DNA from: Chiloscyllium plagiosum
Lineage: Eukaryota
Assembly: GCF_004010195.1 (NCBI RefSeq)
Contig: NC_057719.1
Location: 56,684,606 to 56,748,605, forward strand
Reading direction: 5' to 3'
Length of the DNA: 64,000 nt
Below, piece after piece: positions 49,837 to 61,743 of this stretch. The notes under the pieces were generated by a model. The model made no database searches, was not told the DNA's origin, and saw nothing but the letters and a program-made list of their open reading frames with translations. How positions within the stretch are numbered: the first letter of the stretch is position 1; every line of letters starts with the position of its first letter. A program made the translations under genes and the position numbers.

Positions 49837-50376
49837 CTATGGCAACCTTACATCTACAGTCATCTCCTTCAGCTCTTCACCCTTCTGCGATCACTAACCT
49901 CTTCTGCTTTGTGAGATACTTTGGACATGACATAATTGCAAGCTCGAGATTACTCCTGACTCTTTATTTACCATCCAGTAACTATATCCACAGAGAAACC
50001 TTTGAAGGCCAGAGGTTTGTTTTAAATTTTAGTTTTGAAACTTTCAAAAGAAAACAAATAACAACTTGAATTCCTATAGTGTCTAACATTGTAAAACAAG
50101 CTATGTTAATTGACAAAGCATTAACAAGCAAAATTTTAATGCTCAGCATTGAGCCATTAGGACACATTACAAAAGACTTGATCAAAGAGGTAGGTCTAAG
50201 CAATATCTTAAATGAGGAAAGAGATGTAAAAGTGCAGAGAAAAATTCCATAGTTTAGGGGCTTGACAAATGAGGGCTGCAGATCTGGAGAGGTCATGAGG
50301 AATTTAAGACAAGAATTTTAAAATGGAGTCAGTGCTTAATTAGGAGCTAATGTAAATCAATAAATGAAGAAGTGAT

Positions 50377-51093
50377 TAAATGTGGGGTTTTCTTAATGCA
50401 ATTAGTTTTTGCATTGCATGTAATATTGAAGAGAAATCTCACTTGTGAAATTACAGCTGTTTCAGTTGTGAAGAACTGCAGTTAAAACTTGGATATTATG
50501 GCATATGGGGGAAAACGCCTCAACAGATTATCCTTTGTATTTAATCACGGCAATACTTCTCTTTCACTTAATGCTGTAGTTAATTCTACAAAATGTTACA
50601 ATTCTTCTCATGTTATCAAAGGGTTAAAGGATATTGGGTGAAGTTAGGTCATGTATAGCAGAGCTTTGGATGACTTCAAGTGTATGCTGGCTAGGACATA
50701 CTGAACAGGCCAGCAGTATGTTGAATAGTTACATGTAGATGTAATACAAGGCATGGGTGAGTGATCCTTCAGCAGATGACCTGAAGCAGGAACGGAATTG
50801 AACGATAATGTAAAGGTGACATAGGTATAATCTAGGTGAATCAGGCAAATCAATTTTGATAACATGAGAAGAATTGTAACATGTTGTAGAATTAACTACA
50901 GCATTAAGTGAGAGAGAAGTATTGCCTTGATTAAATACAACGAATAATACTTTGAGGCATTTTCCCCCTTCTGCCATAATATCCTAGTTTTAACTGCAAT
51001 TCTTCAAAACTGAAACAGCTGTAATTTCACAAGTGGGATTTCTCTTCAATATTACATGCAATAACTAATTGCATTAAGGATACCCCACATTTA
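50377..51093. mobile_element. Non-autonomous foldback/MITE-like DNA element with ~240-bp terminal inverted repeats
   Basis: 50377-50620 is an imperfect reverse complement of 50855-51093; bounded by TA on both sides. Confidence 0.82.
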
Positions 51094-51369
51094 TTGCTAC
51101 ATGGATGCAGACTTGTTGTTGTATTCTCTGGCCTGAACATAACATAGTAATTCTCTATTCCATCCTTGTGTTGAGCAAAGAAAACTGCTGACAACAAGAT
51201 TTTTCTTATGAGCGTAGACACGCCACAACCTCCAAAGAAATTAAAAAATCAGTGACTAGATAATAATTCACTTATACTTCTTATTGGTAATAAATTAATC
51301 ACAATGAGTTTTCATACAGCATTATCAATTGTGGTTAATCATGTTTTGCAGTGTGTTTGAATATATTGT

Positions 51370-51534
51370 TAAAAATCACACACCAGGTTATAGTCCAACA
51401 GGTTTAATTGAAGCACACTAGCTTTCATCACTCTGAAAGCTAGTGTGCTTCCAATTAACCTGTTGGACTATAACCTGATGTTGTGAGATTTTTAACTTTG
51501 TACACCCCAGTCCAACACCAGCATCTCCAAATCA
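51370..51534. mobile_element. Palindromic mini-element of another family, with 12-bp TSD
   Basis: ~60-bp inverted arms 51368-51427 / 51434-51496; tgaatatattgt at 51358-51369 and 51535-51546. Confidence 0.85.
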
Positions 51535-52452
51535 TGAATATATTGTGATTGGTTAGATTCTGTTCAGAAACAATTTTGAATTGCGTCTTTAAAATGACTT
51601 CCTCTTTTCAAAAAAGATAATACAAGGCAGATTACACCATCTATATGCATATTTTAAGAATGAAGTTTTAGATCCACTAGTATCTCCAAATATACAAACA
51701 AACTCAGGAGATAAGGGTTTCTTTTTCATCTATGTGTTCATTTTAATTTTCTCATTTGATATTATGAATTGAAGTAGTAGGCTGAAAACTAAATGATGTC
51801 AACAGTGATAGTAACCCTGGCTACCAGCTGAAGGTTGCCTGGAGCAGAATGCCAAATTGAGAATGTAAACTTTACCTTTGTGGCAAAATGAAAAAAATAA
51901 TTGACAGGAAGTAAAGGGCATCTGACCTGTAACTTACATAATTGGTATGGATGAATTATCATTACAGGTTTCCAGTTTTCTCATTTTGTAGAAGGATTTA
52001 ACAAACCAAGTGCTTAGCTGGCCCATGCGGACTCTTGGAACAGCCTCGTAAGTCTACATTATCTCATAATCATGATCAATGTTACTAGTCTTGTAAATTC
52101 CTTAGTGTAAAGTCCCTATTCAAACACTTTAAAAATTATTCATAGAACTAGCTTTCACCACTTTTTCAGGATGGTGTGTTTTAGACCCCAACAACTTGGT
52201 GAAAAAAAAGTCTTCTCTCCCCTACAGCTGTTGCTCATTATTTCATATTTACGACCTCTAGTTATTGACCTATTCAACAGAAGGAATAATTCTCTATACT
52301 TACTCGTGCAAAATGTCTCTCTTTCAAAACCTTCAATAGGTCCCTCATAAATTTTCCTGTTCCAAGAATAAAAGTCTTGATTTTTTTTAAACCTATCTGC
52401 ATAACGAAAGTCTGCCATCTCTGGTAGCTCTGATAATCTACACTTAAATAGC

Positions 52453-52650
52453 TTAAAATCGCACAACACCAAGTTATAGTCCAACTGGTTAAGTTGTAAA
52501 TACAAGCTTTCGGAGTGCTACTCCTTCGTCAGGTAGCAGTGCCCTGAAGGCTTGTAATTCCAAATAAACCTTTTGGACTATAACATGGTGTTGTGCGATT
52601 TTTAACTTTGTCCATCCCAGTCCAATACCAGCACTTCCAGATCATGGCTA
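52453..52650. mobile_element. Palindromic mini-element related to 51370, with hammerhead core on minus strand
   Basis: Imperfect inverted arms; minus 52532-52504 reads CTGACGA-a-ggag-tagca-ctcc-GAAA-G-CTT. Confidence 0.8.
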
Positions 52651-52997
52651 CATCTATATAGTTTCTAAGAGACAAAAAAAAACTGCAGATACCATCTGGC
52701 TTGCTATGTTCTTCCAGTCTCTTACTTGTCTACTATATAGTTTCTAAGACTAACTATTAATCAATTAGATGCAACACAGAATTGTTATTTCACAACACTC
52801 CAACTGAGAACTAACTGGTATGATCTCTTTGTATTTGTATCATAAATGTATCATTATTTATAAACCTAAACAACCTATATGCTTTCTCAAATCACCTAAT
52901 TCAATGATAACCCTGTAGATCAGATGGTAGTCAAAGGAAACGTACACAAATTATGGCACTTGGATTAAGAAGGCCTGTGTGACAAAGAATATGATTT

Positions 52998-55965
52998 AGA
53001 GTCATAGATGTACAGCATGGAAACAGACCCTTCGGCCCAACTCATCCATGCTGACCAGATATCCTAAATTAATCTAGTCCCATTTGCCAGCACTTGGCCC
53101 ATGTCCCTCTAAACTCTTCCTATTGGTGTACCTAAATGTTGCAATTTTACCAGCCTCCACCTCTTTCTGTGGCAGCTCATGCCATACATGCACCACCCTT
53201 TGCTTGAAAATATTGCCCCTTAGGTCCCTTTTAAATCTTTCCACTCTCACCCTAAAACTCTGCCCTTTAATTCTAGACTCCCCCAACCCAGGGAAAAGGC
53301 CTTGTCTATTTACCCTACCATGCCCCTCATGGTTTTATAAACCTCTATACGGTCACCCATCAGTTCCAGGGAAAACAGCCCCAACCTATTCAGTCTCTCT
53401 CTACAGTTCAAGCTCTCTAACCATGGCAACATTCTTGTAAATCTTTTGTTAAACCTATCAAGTTTCATACTATCCTTCCTTTTGGAGGGAGACCAGAATT
53501 GCACACAATATCCCAAGAGTGGCTTAACCAATATCCTCTACAGACACAACATGACTTCCTAGCTCCTATACTCAATGCTCTGACCTCCCAACTCCTCTAC
53601 TCAATACTCTGACCAATAAAAGAAAGCATACAAAACACTTTCTTCACTATCCTATCTATCTGAAACTTCACTTTCAAGGAACTATGAACCTACACTCCAA
53701 GGTCTGTTTGCTCAGGAACACTCCCCAGGACCTTACATCTTGCCCTGATTTGCCTTTCCAAAATGCAGCACCTCACATTTATCTAAATTAAACTCCATCT
53801 GCCACTCCTCAGCCCACTGGCCTATCTGATCAAGATCCTGTTGTACTGTGAGGTAACCTTCTTTGCTGTTGACTACACCTCCAATTTTGGTGTCATCTGC
53901 AAACTTACTACCAGTACTGCCTATGTTCAGATCCAAATCATTCATATAAATGAATAAAAGCAATGGATCCAGCACCGATCCTTGTAGCACACCATTGGTC
54001 ACAGGCATCCAGTCTGAACACAACCCTCCACCACCTCCTGTCTTCTGGCTTTGAACCAGTTCTATATCCAAATGGCAAGTTCTCCCTGTATTCCATGCGA
54101 CCTAACACTGCTAACCAGTCTACCATGAGGAACCTTGTTGAATGCCTTACTGAAGTCCAAATAGATCATGACTACCACTCTGCCCTCATCAATCTTCTTT
54201 GTTGTTTCTTCAAAAAACTCAATAGTTAGCGAGACATGATTTCCCATGCACAAAGCCATGTTGACGATTCCTAATCAGTCTTGCCTATCCAAATACATGT
54301 AAATACAGTCTCTCAGGATTCCCCCCAAAAACTTGCCTACTGCCAATGTCATGCTCACCAGTCAATAGCTCTCTGGCTTTTCCTTGCCACCTTACTTAAA
54401 TACTGGCACCATATTAGCCAACCTCCAGTTTTCCAGCACCTCACCTGTGATATTGATGATACAAATATCTCAGCAAGGGGCCAGCAATCACTTCTCTAGC
54501 TTCTCACAGAGTTCTCAGGTACACCTGATCAGATTCTGGGAATTTTTCCACCTTTATGCACTTTAAGACACTCAGCACCTCCTCCTCTGCAATATGGACA
54601 CTTTTCATGATGTCACCATCTATCTCCCCACATCCTATGTCTTTTATGTCCTTCTTCACAGTAAACACAGTTGCAAAATACTCATTTGGTATTTCTCCAA
54701 TCTCCTGTGGCTCCACACAAAGGCTGCCTTGCTGATCTTTGAGGGACCCTATTCTCTCCCTAGTTACCCTTGGGTCCTTAATGTATTTATAAAATCTCTT
54801 TGGATTCTCCTTCCTTAACCCTATTTGCCAAAGCTGTCTCATGTCCTCTTTTTGCCCTCCTGACTTCCCTCTTAACTATACTCCTAATGCCTTTATACTC
54901 TTCTAAGGATTCATTTGATTTCTCCTGTCTGTACCTGACATACGCTTCCTTCTTTTTCTTAACCAATTCCTCAACTTCTCTAGTCATCCATATTTCCCTA
55001 CACCTACCCTAACAGGAATATATTGTCTCTGGACTCTCGCTATCTCATTTTTGAAGGCTTCCCATTTTCCAGCTGTCCTTTTACCTGTGAACACTTGACA
55101 ATTCTTGCCTAATACCATCAACATTAGCCTCCCTCCAATTTAGAACTTGAACTTTTAGATCCTGTCTCTCCTTTTCCATCACTATTTTAAATCTAAAAGA
55201 ATTATGGTTGCTGGCCCCAAAGTGCTCTCCCACTGACACCTCAGTCACCTGCCCTGCCTTATTTCCCAAGAGGAGGTCAGGCTTTGCAGCTTCTCAAGTG
55301 GGAACATCCACATAGTGAGTCAGAAAATTGTCATGTACATACTTGACAAATTCCTCTTCATCTAAACCCTGAACACTATGGCAGTCCCAGTCTGTTTGGA
55401 AAGTTAAAAAGTTAAAATCCCCTACCATTACCACCCTACTATTCTTACAGATAAGGGACATCTCCTTACAAATTTGTTCCTCAAATTCCCGCTGACTAGT
55501 GGGAGATCTATAAAATCCTAATAAGGTAATCATCCCTTTCTTATTTTTCATTTCCACCCAAATAACTCCCCTGGACATATTCCCAGGAACATGTCCCCTT
55601 AAATACAGCTGTAATGTACTTATCAAAAAATACCAATCCCTCCCACCCGCCCCAACCACTCGCTTGACCAACCTTCCTTTCTATCACTACTATCGCATTT
55701 GTATCCTGGAACATTTAAGCTGCCAGTGCTGCCCATCCCTGAGCCACGTCTCTGTAATTGCTATGATATCCCAGTACCCTGTTCCTGACCATGTCCTGAG
55801 CTCATCTGCCTTCCTGGTTCGGCCTCTTGCATTGAAATAAATGCAGTTTAATTTACCTCATTCTCTGTTTTGTTCCTTCCTGCCCTGACTGTTTTGACTT
55901 GCTCCTTTTCTCAACTGCACCATTCTCAGATTGATGTGTTTCCTCACTATTTCCCTGGATTCCAT
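52998..55965 (-). mobile_element. CR1/HER1-like LINE with nearly complete but disrupted ORF2
   Basis: Collinear endonuclease (VVMVGDFNF, GEHFGASNHNS), KENPKRFYKYI, YLDFSKAFNKVPHGRL, FADDTKIGG and 3' tail. Confidence 0.94.
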
Positions 55966-57559
55966 GACTGGCATGTGCATGGTGATGGAATGCAGGTGGG
56001 TGGTGAAAAGAACTGTTGGAGACATGCATGAGGAGGGCACACAAGTTGGCAGTGAGATTAGTCTCAACAATCAACCAGTTGACTGAAATCTCCATGTTGG
56101 AGATCATGGAGGTAGGGGGTACGGAACGCACTGTTTGAAAGAGCGGTGAAGGCAGATTCAATTGTAAGCATTTAAGAGAGGAGTAGATTGGTACAAAGTT
56201 AAAATGCTCCAAGCTAATGCAAATATAATGGGCCAAATGGCCTCCTTCTACACTGTGGCAATTCTGTGATACCAATACGGAAACTTCAATTTCATGCAAA
56301 ATTAGGAACATATTGTACACTTGTATACTATACACACCATGATCTTTCCAAGTACAAGAGACTTGTCAATGTGAGGGCTATTTTGAAGTTTGCTCTATTC
56401 ATTTGGATTTAATGCTCCTTTCATTCACTACAATTTGCTCCCCTAGTCCCCTCCATTCACCCAATCTCTCTTTATTTGGCATTACCTTCTAATTTTCTTA
56501 CAAAAATGGTCTGAACTCAAAAATTATTGATTAAAGTTTATCTTACTACCCCTTATCTAGTAAGAGCTTTAAAAATTCTTAATTTGCTTCTTTATCTTCT
56601 GCATCAGCTTCAAAATAAGCCAATGGATATAATACTTATTACAGCTTACTTAAATTGTCACAAAGCTAAACTTCAATCATGATCACAGTTATTTAACTAC
56701 TTCCCAGAATCTTAAGTTTACCGAAAACAGGATGGAGCGTAGACTCTTTTCTGGAAACTGTGTTATTAGCTCCATGTATTTACCTACCTTTTGAAAGATT
56801 CTCACTATCATTAAATTCATCTAATGGGCAATATGAATTGCACAGAATATTTATATATATTTATCCTACTGCAATTTTATGACTCAATCAAAAATTTTAC
56901 ATTAGTGGCAACTCTTCACCCTGATAGTCTATGATAATTGCAGTTGTTCAGTTTTTCTCTTTGCTGTCATGGATTCCCAGTTATATTCAAAACTTCCTTT
57001 ACTAGTAATTATACTAGCACTCAACATTATTGCATAGCTATTATAAATTAAATTACGCCAGGAGAAGAAAATAAAAACTATTGCTGAAGGGTGAAAAATG
57101 AAAACCTATGAAGGACTTATGGTCAGCTTAGCAAAGACATATAGGAGGCATGATAGATATTGGAATAAAAATTATCACCAACTGAAATATATATCAGTTC
57201 AGGTTTAAATAGCATGAAGACTCAGAATTACACAAAAGGACTGCACTAAAGATGGTTCACACAAAATTGAAACAATGATTTGTACAAGCAAGATTAAAAG
57301 AGAGATCAAGAAAAATGTTCATTCTTTGATACATTTAATTTATAGGCAGTCAAATCAACAAGCTATAAACAAGATTGTATGTACATGGATTGTAGAACAT
57401 CCTGTGTATTACATACGTTTGCAAAGTCAGCACCACCGACATTGCTATATTTTAAGATTTTAGGGTACCAATACTGAAATTACAAATGTAAACAAAGTAA
57501 GCTACTTTCACCTAATGCAACGTGGATAAACTCTGATGAGATACCAAGTAATATAGCAA

Positions 57560-57860
57560 AGCCCTCATGTTCTGAATTAGCTAGTCTCAGGGAAGGGTCA
57601 GGGGCATTAAAACTGGCTGCAGTGTCCTTAAAGACAACAAATGTTCAAAGCACTTCCATTCCTGCTTTTTATATCTTGAAGCTTGCTGGAAAGATGGATG
57701 AGTGGCTGTAAGTTAAGAATACATGGGTCACTACAATGATGATTCATCCAGTGAAATAGTGTCTAGCTATTCGCAGTCTAAGCTCAGACATTATAAACTA
57801 CTACTAGGTTAACGTACAGGGGCTTGCCAGTGTCCATGAGACTGTGGTTCAAAAAGGAGG
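57560..57860 (+). mobile_element. Possible ancient SINE remnant
   Basis: ctgaattagctagtctcag...ggggcattaaaactggc...ttgctggaaag resembles an old vertebrate SINE as I recall it; unverified. Confidence 0.3.
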
Positions 57861-59756
57861 AAAGAAAAAGAAGTAGAGGAAAAAAAAAGTCAGACCTTTT
57901 CTTTCAAAGTTACTTCTGAAGTTAGTCAAATTATAAACATCCAGGAGCAGTAACTATAATGAAAGATAGGTGGGGAAGGAAGTCAATAAATCTTAATTTA
58001 TTTGTTTTTGTTTAAAAGAACAATGAGATAATTCTCTCATTGATTCACTATTCATAGGCATCTGGATCCTTCTGTAAGTAGTAGGTACCATTTATCTTGC
58101 TTTAACTTGTTGTGATTGTACATTTCCCTATCCTACACGATAAGACAACCCTTTAAATTGCTTTGCCACTCACTTTATGTCCATACTTTCCTTTCTTTAG
58201 AAAAGAAAAATAACCTAAAAGCAAACAAACTATAAAGAAACTAATCTAGAAAACAAACTACAGTTAGATTAGATTCCATATTTGAAATTTTCATTAAAAT
58301 ATCCCAGAATAATTAAAAGGATTTATAAAGACAAAGTAATAAGAAATACTGCCTTGTAGGAAAACATAGTTTCTGGATACATATTAAATTCAGTACAATA
58401 CATATATATGTCATATTATTTCTTCCAAATGAAACCAATTCATGGGAGGTTGCAAATTGTCATGATTTCACCTTCATCTTGTCATCAGCAACAATGTGAC
58501 CATGTGGTAACATTATAAAGATCAACTTAACAATTTTAGATAATAGGCTTTTAATATTAAAATAAGATGATTTTTGACTTCATTTAAAAAGATTGCATAA
58601 TTGCTATAAATTAAAATTTAATTGGGTAAAGTGTACTTCTAATTTAAGATCTTCAAACATTTATCAAGTTTAAATCAAATATGCAGTTTCCATGATATTA
58701 TTAATAAGCTATTAGTTATTCACGTAATAAATCAAGTAATGCAATGTTCATTAAACTAGCTTAATCATAATATGCTATTTTTGACAAATTTATCTGTTTC
58801 TTTATAGAAAAAGGTGCAAAAGTTCTCAGATATCATAATTGTTATTGTACTTCATAATTAGATAAAACTGTATGATATATTCCTACTGTGTACTTTAATC
58901 ATGCTAAGTGCTAATGAATTCAAATCATAACAGCACAAAGGATGCTATTCTCTTCATTGAATCTGTGCCAGTTTTCTATAAACTAATCCAGTCAGTCCCA
59001 ATCCCTCACTATGTCCCTCACAATCCAGTAAATTTATTTCCTTCAAGTGTCTATCCAACTTACTTCTGAAGTCATTCAACATTTTAACACAGCCCTGTAA
59101 GACAACAAGTCTCAACTGACAGCAGTTACTAAAACAAAATCTTTTTTGCTCTCCGCCCTCCCCACCTCCCATATTTCCTGCTCAAAAGCCTTTTATATGC
59201 TTTTGTTCTTGTAATCATCAGCTAATTGGAACAACGTTTTGATAGGATTTGTCTCCAAAGTGTTCCATTATACTAGCGTAAAAAGTCTTTCAAAACATAT
59301 GGAACTACAGCTGCTGTCTTTATGTTTAAAAGTTTGCAGTCTAAAATACAGTAAAATTGTGTTATCTAGCACCTCAACTAGAATGTTCCATGAACAAGAA
59401 TCACTATTATATTATAAAATACTGCTATCATTTACTTTTTTGTGATTATAAAGGAGTGGCTGAAGATTGAAGTATTTTTTCCATCAGTATTTGGAGTGGA
59501 AGGAATCAAAGTTGGAGAGCTTCTAAGCACCTGCAATTTGCAGCATACATCAAGGCATGTTTTTCTGTTTCATTCCTACATTTACCACAAACTGCAAAGA
59601 GTTAACTGGTATTTCTGATTTACTGGCACCACCTCATCCCAGTATGTTCAGATAACCTGTATTTTACTGTAGATGCATGTGACATATTACTTTAATTTTA
59701 AGACTGTGCTCAATAATAGCAGTATATTTCATAATTTTTTTGAAGGTCTTCAGGTG

Positions 59757-60058
59757 GGCGGCACGGTGGCACAGTGGTTAGCACTGCTGCCTCACAGCGC
59801 CAGTTCCCGCCTCAGGCGACCGACTGTGTGGAGTTTGCGCGTTCTCCCCATGTCTGCGTGGGTTTCCTCCGGGTGCTCCGGTTTCCTCCCACAGTCCAAA
59901 GATGTGCAGGTCAGGTGAATTGGCCATACTAAATTGCCTGTAGTGTTAGGTAAGGGGTAAATGTAGGGGTAGGGGTATGGGTGGGTTGCGCTTCGGCAGG
60001 TCGGTGTGGACTTGTTGGGCCGAAGGGTCTGTTTCCACACTGTAATGTAATCTAATCA
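59757..60058 (+). mobile_element. HE1-type V-SINE lacking the B-box segment
   Basis: Near-identical to the 48479 copy but missing agacccgggttcaa. Confidence 0.92.
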
Positions 60059-60858
60059 AAACTATTTTGATAAGTTTCACATCTTACAAAGAACGATGAT
60101 TAACTTTCACTGTTGTTTACCTGGGTTAGAATGTTTCTTGAAACAGTGCTATTTAAATCATTTGGAAATCAGCTTGGAGGAATTACAATTTGTGGAAGTT
60201 AAATTAATAGATATTTGTTTATTAGCTTGGAGGATTTCAGCAATGAGTTGATCTTAACGTGTATCAACATTTCCTTGAGTAATTACTCAGCTCGAGTAAT
60301 TACTCCAAACTACTTTGCCATAAAGCTATTATATTTTAAAAGAGAAACCTTGTAAAATATACAAAAGGGAAACATTGAGATTACCAAAATTGAGATTTGC
60401 ATTGAGATTACCAAAATAAATGTTAAAGAAGACTCAAAGATAGTGAAATGTCGAAATGTTGTTCTAGTTATAAATGTCATTAATGATTTTACCCAATCGA
60501 GAAACTTATTTTCTGTGTAGCACTTTCTGCTGCTATTAGTTCTAAACAGTAAATATTAAATATAAACATGCATCAATGGAGTTGCTTTTGATTCATGCAA
60601 GAGAGAAACAAAAGAGTGCAGCAATGTTATTTGTCCAAATCAGACTGGATTGTTAAATATATTTCAGTACTGAAAGGTTAGTATGGTGTACAGGCCTGGT
60701 TAGTGTACTCTTTAGTCAAGAACATACTTCAAAATAAAGGACTTGGGGAAATCCCTTTTAGTGTGAACAGAGCATAAGAAAAATTTGCTTCAAACTGTTA
60801 AGGGTTTAGTGCTCTGATAGGAAGTAACCTGAACATAAACTCTGTCACTGAATCTTAC

Positions 60859-60889
60859 CTTTGATTTATAGAATTGACATTTTAATGAT
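60859..60889 (-). CDS. RALGAPA1: RALGAPA1 31-nt alternative micro-exon encoding D-H-stop
   Basis: Minus tcctcttttag|ATCATTAAAATGTCAATTCTATAAATCAAAG|gtaaga; with the upstream G gives GAT CAT TAA (stop 60884-60882), matching the recalled ...SDADH* isoform end. Confidence 0.85.
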
Positions 60890-61618
60890 CTAAAAGAGGA
60901 AAATAAAACAATGAAAATAATCACTTTGATACATGGTAGGTATGTACAGGATAGGAAGGCTGAGTTTGCCACTTTTATAAACCTCAATAAGGTTGAAATT
61001 GCAATTTGATATGAATACCAGAAACCCAGACTATAAGACAAATCTGCAAGTACCAATAAATGATGCAACATTTTAATTTTCATTTGTTCTATTTTTGGTC
61101 AAAGTTTTAAAAATGGCTTTTTACATATTTTAGGAAACGCTATCAACAAGACCTTGGAGTCTTTTTTTTAAAAAGGCAGAATTTAATCTTCCCCATCCAA
61201 TGTAAAATAAAATGCAAAGACTAAAAAACCCATATTCAAAAAAATTATAGATTATTTGCAAGAATTCTATTGAGAGGTCAATCCGTCTTGCCTATCTTGG
61301 TGAACTCAGAAAACAGCTCTGCATAAATAGATTTACATTAATATCATGATTTTCCAACAAAGTTGTAAAGATGAATTGTAGTTACCAATAATTTCATCCA
61401 GGCATTCTAGATTGTCAACACCATAATTAAAGTTAGGAAAAAGATACACAGAGAAATTGATCCTTAAAAAATGTGATAGAAGTATTTGCAATTAAAATAT
61501 CAGCAATATTATACATTTTTTTCATCAAATTGTACAAATAACAAAAAAACTAATATGGAACTGTTTTGGGAATTAATTTATTACAAAGTCAAATGCAAGA
61601 TCAAATATTTGCTTTTAC

Positions 61619-61743
61619 CTGGATCAGATGGTATATTGTGACAAGGGGCTGGACAGAAGACCTGGGCAGCAAAATCCTCAAAAGTGGTTGGCTCCTGGTG
61701 GTGTTGCACAATGGTTTCTAGGTATCGAGCTCGCTCCTCATAG
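61619..61743 (-). CDS. RALGAPA1: RALGAPA1 coding exon near the C-terminus (Ral GTPase-activating protein alpha-1)
   Basis: ctcag|C...CCAG|gtaaaa; [41 protein letters not shown], closer to recalled RALGAPA1 ([29 protein letters not shown]) than to RALGAPA2. Confidence 0.95.
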
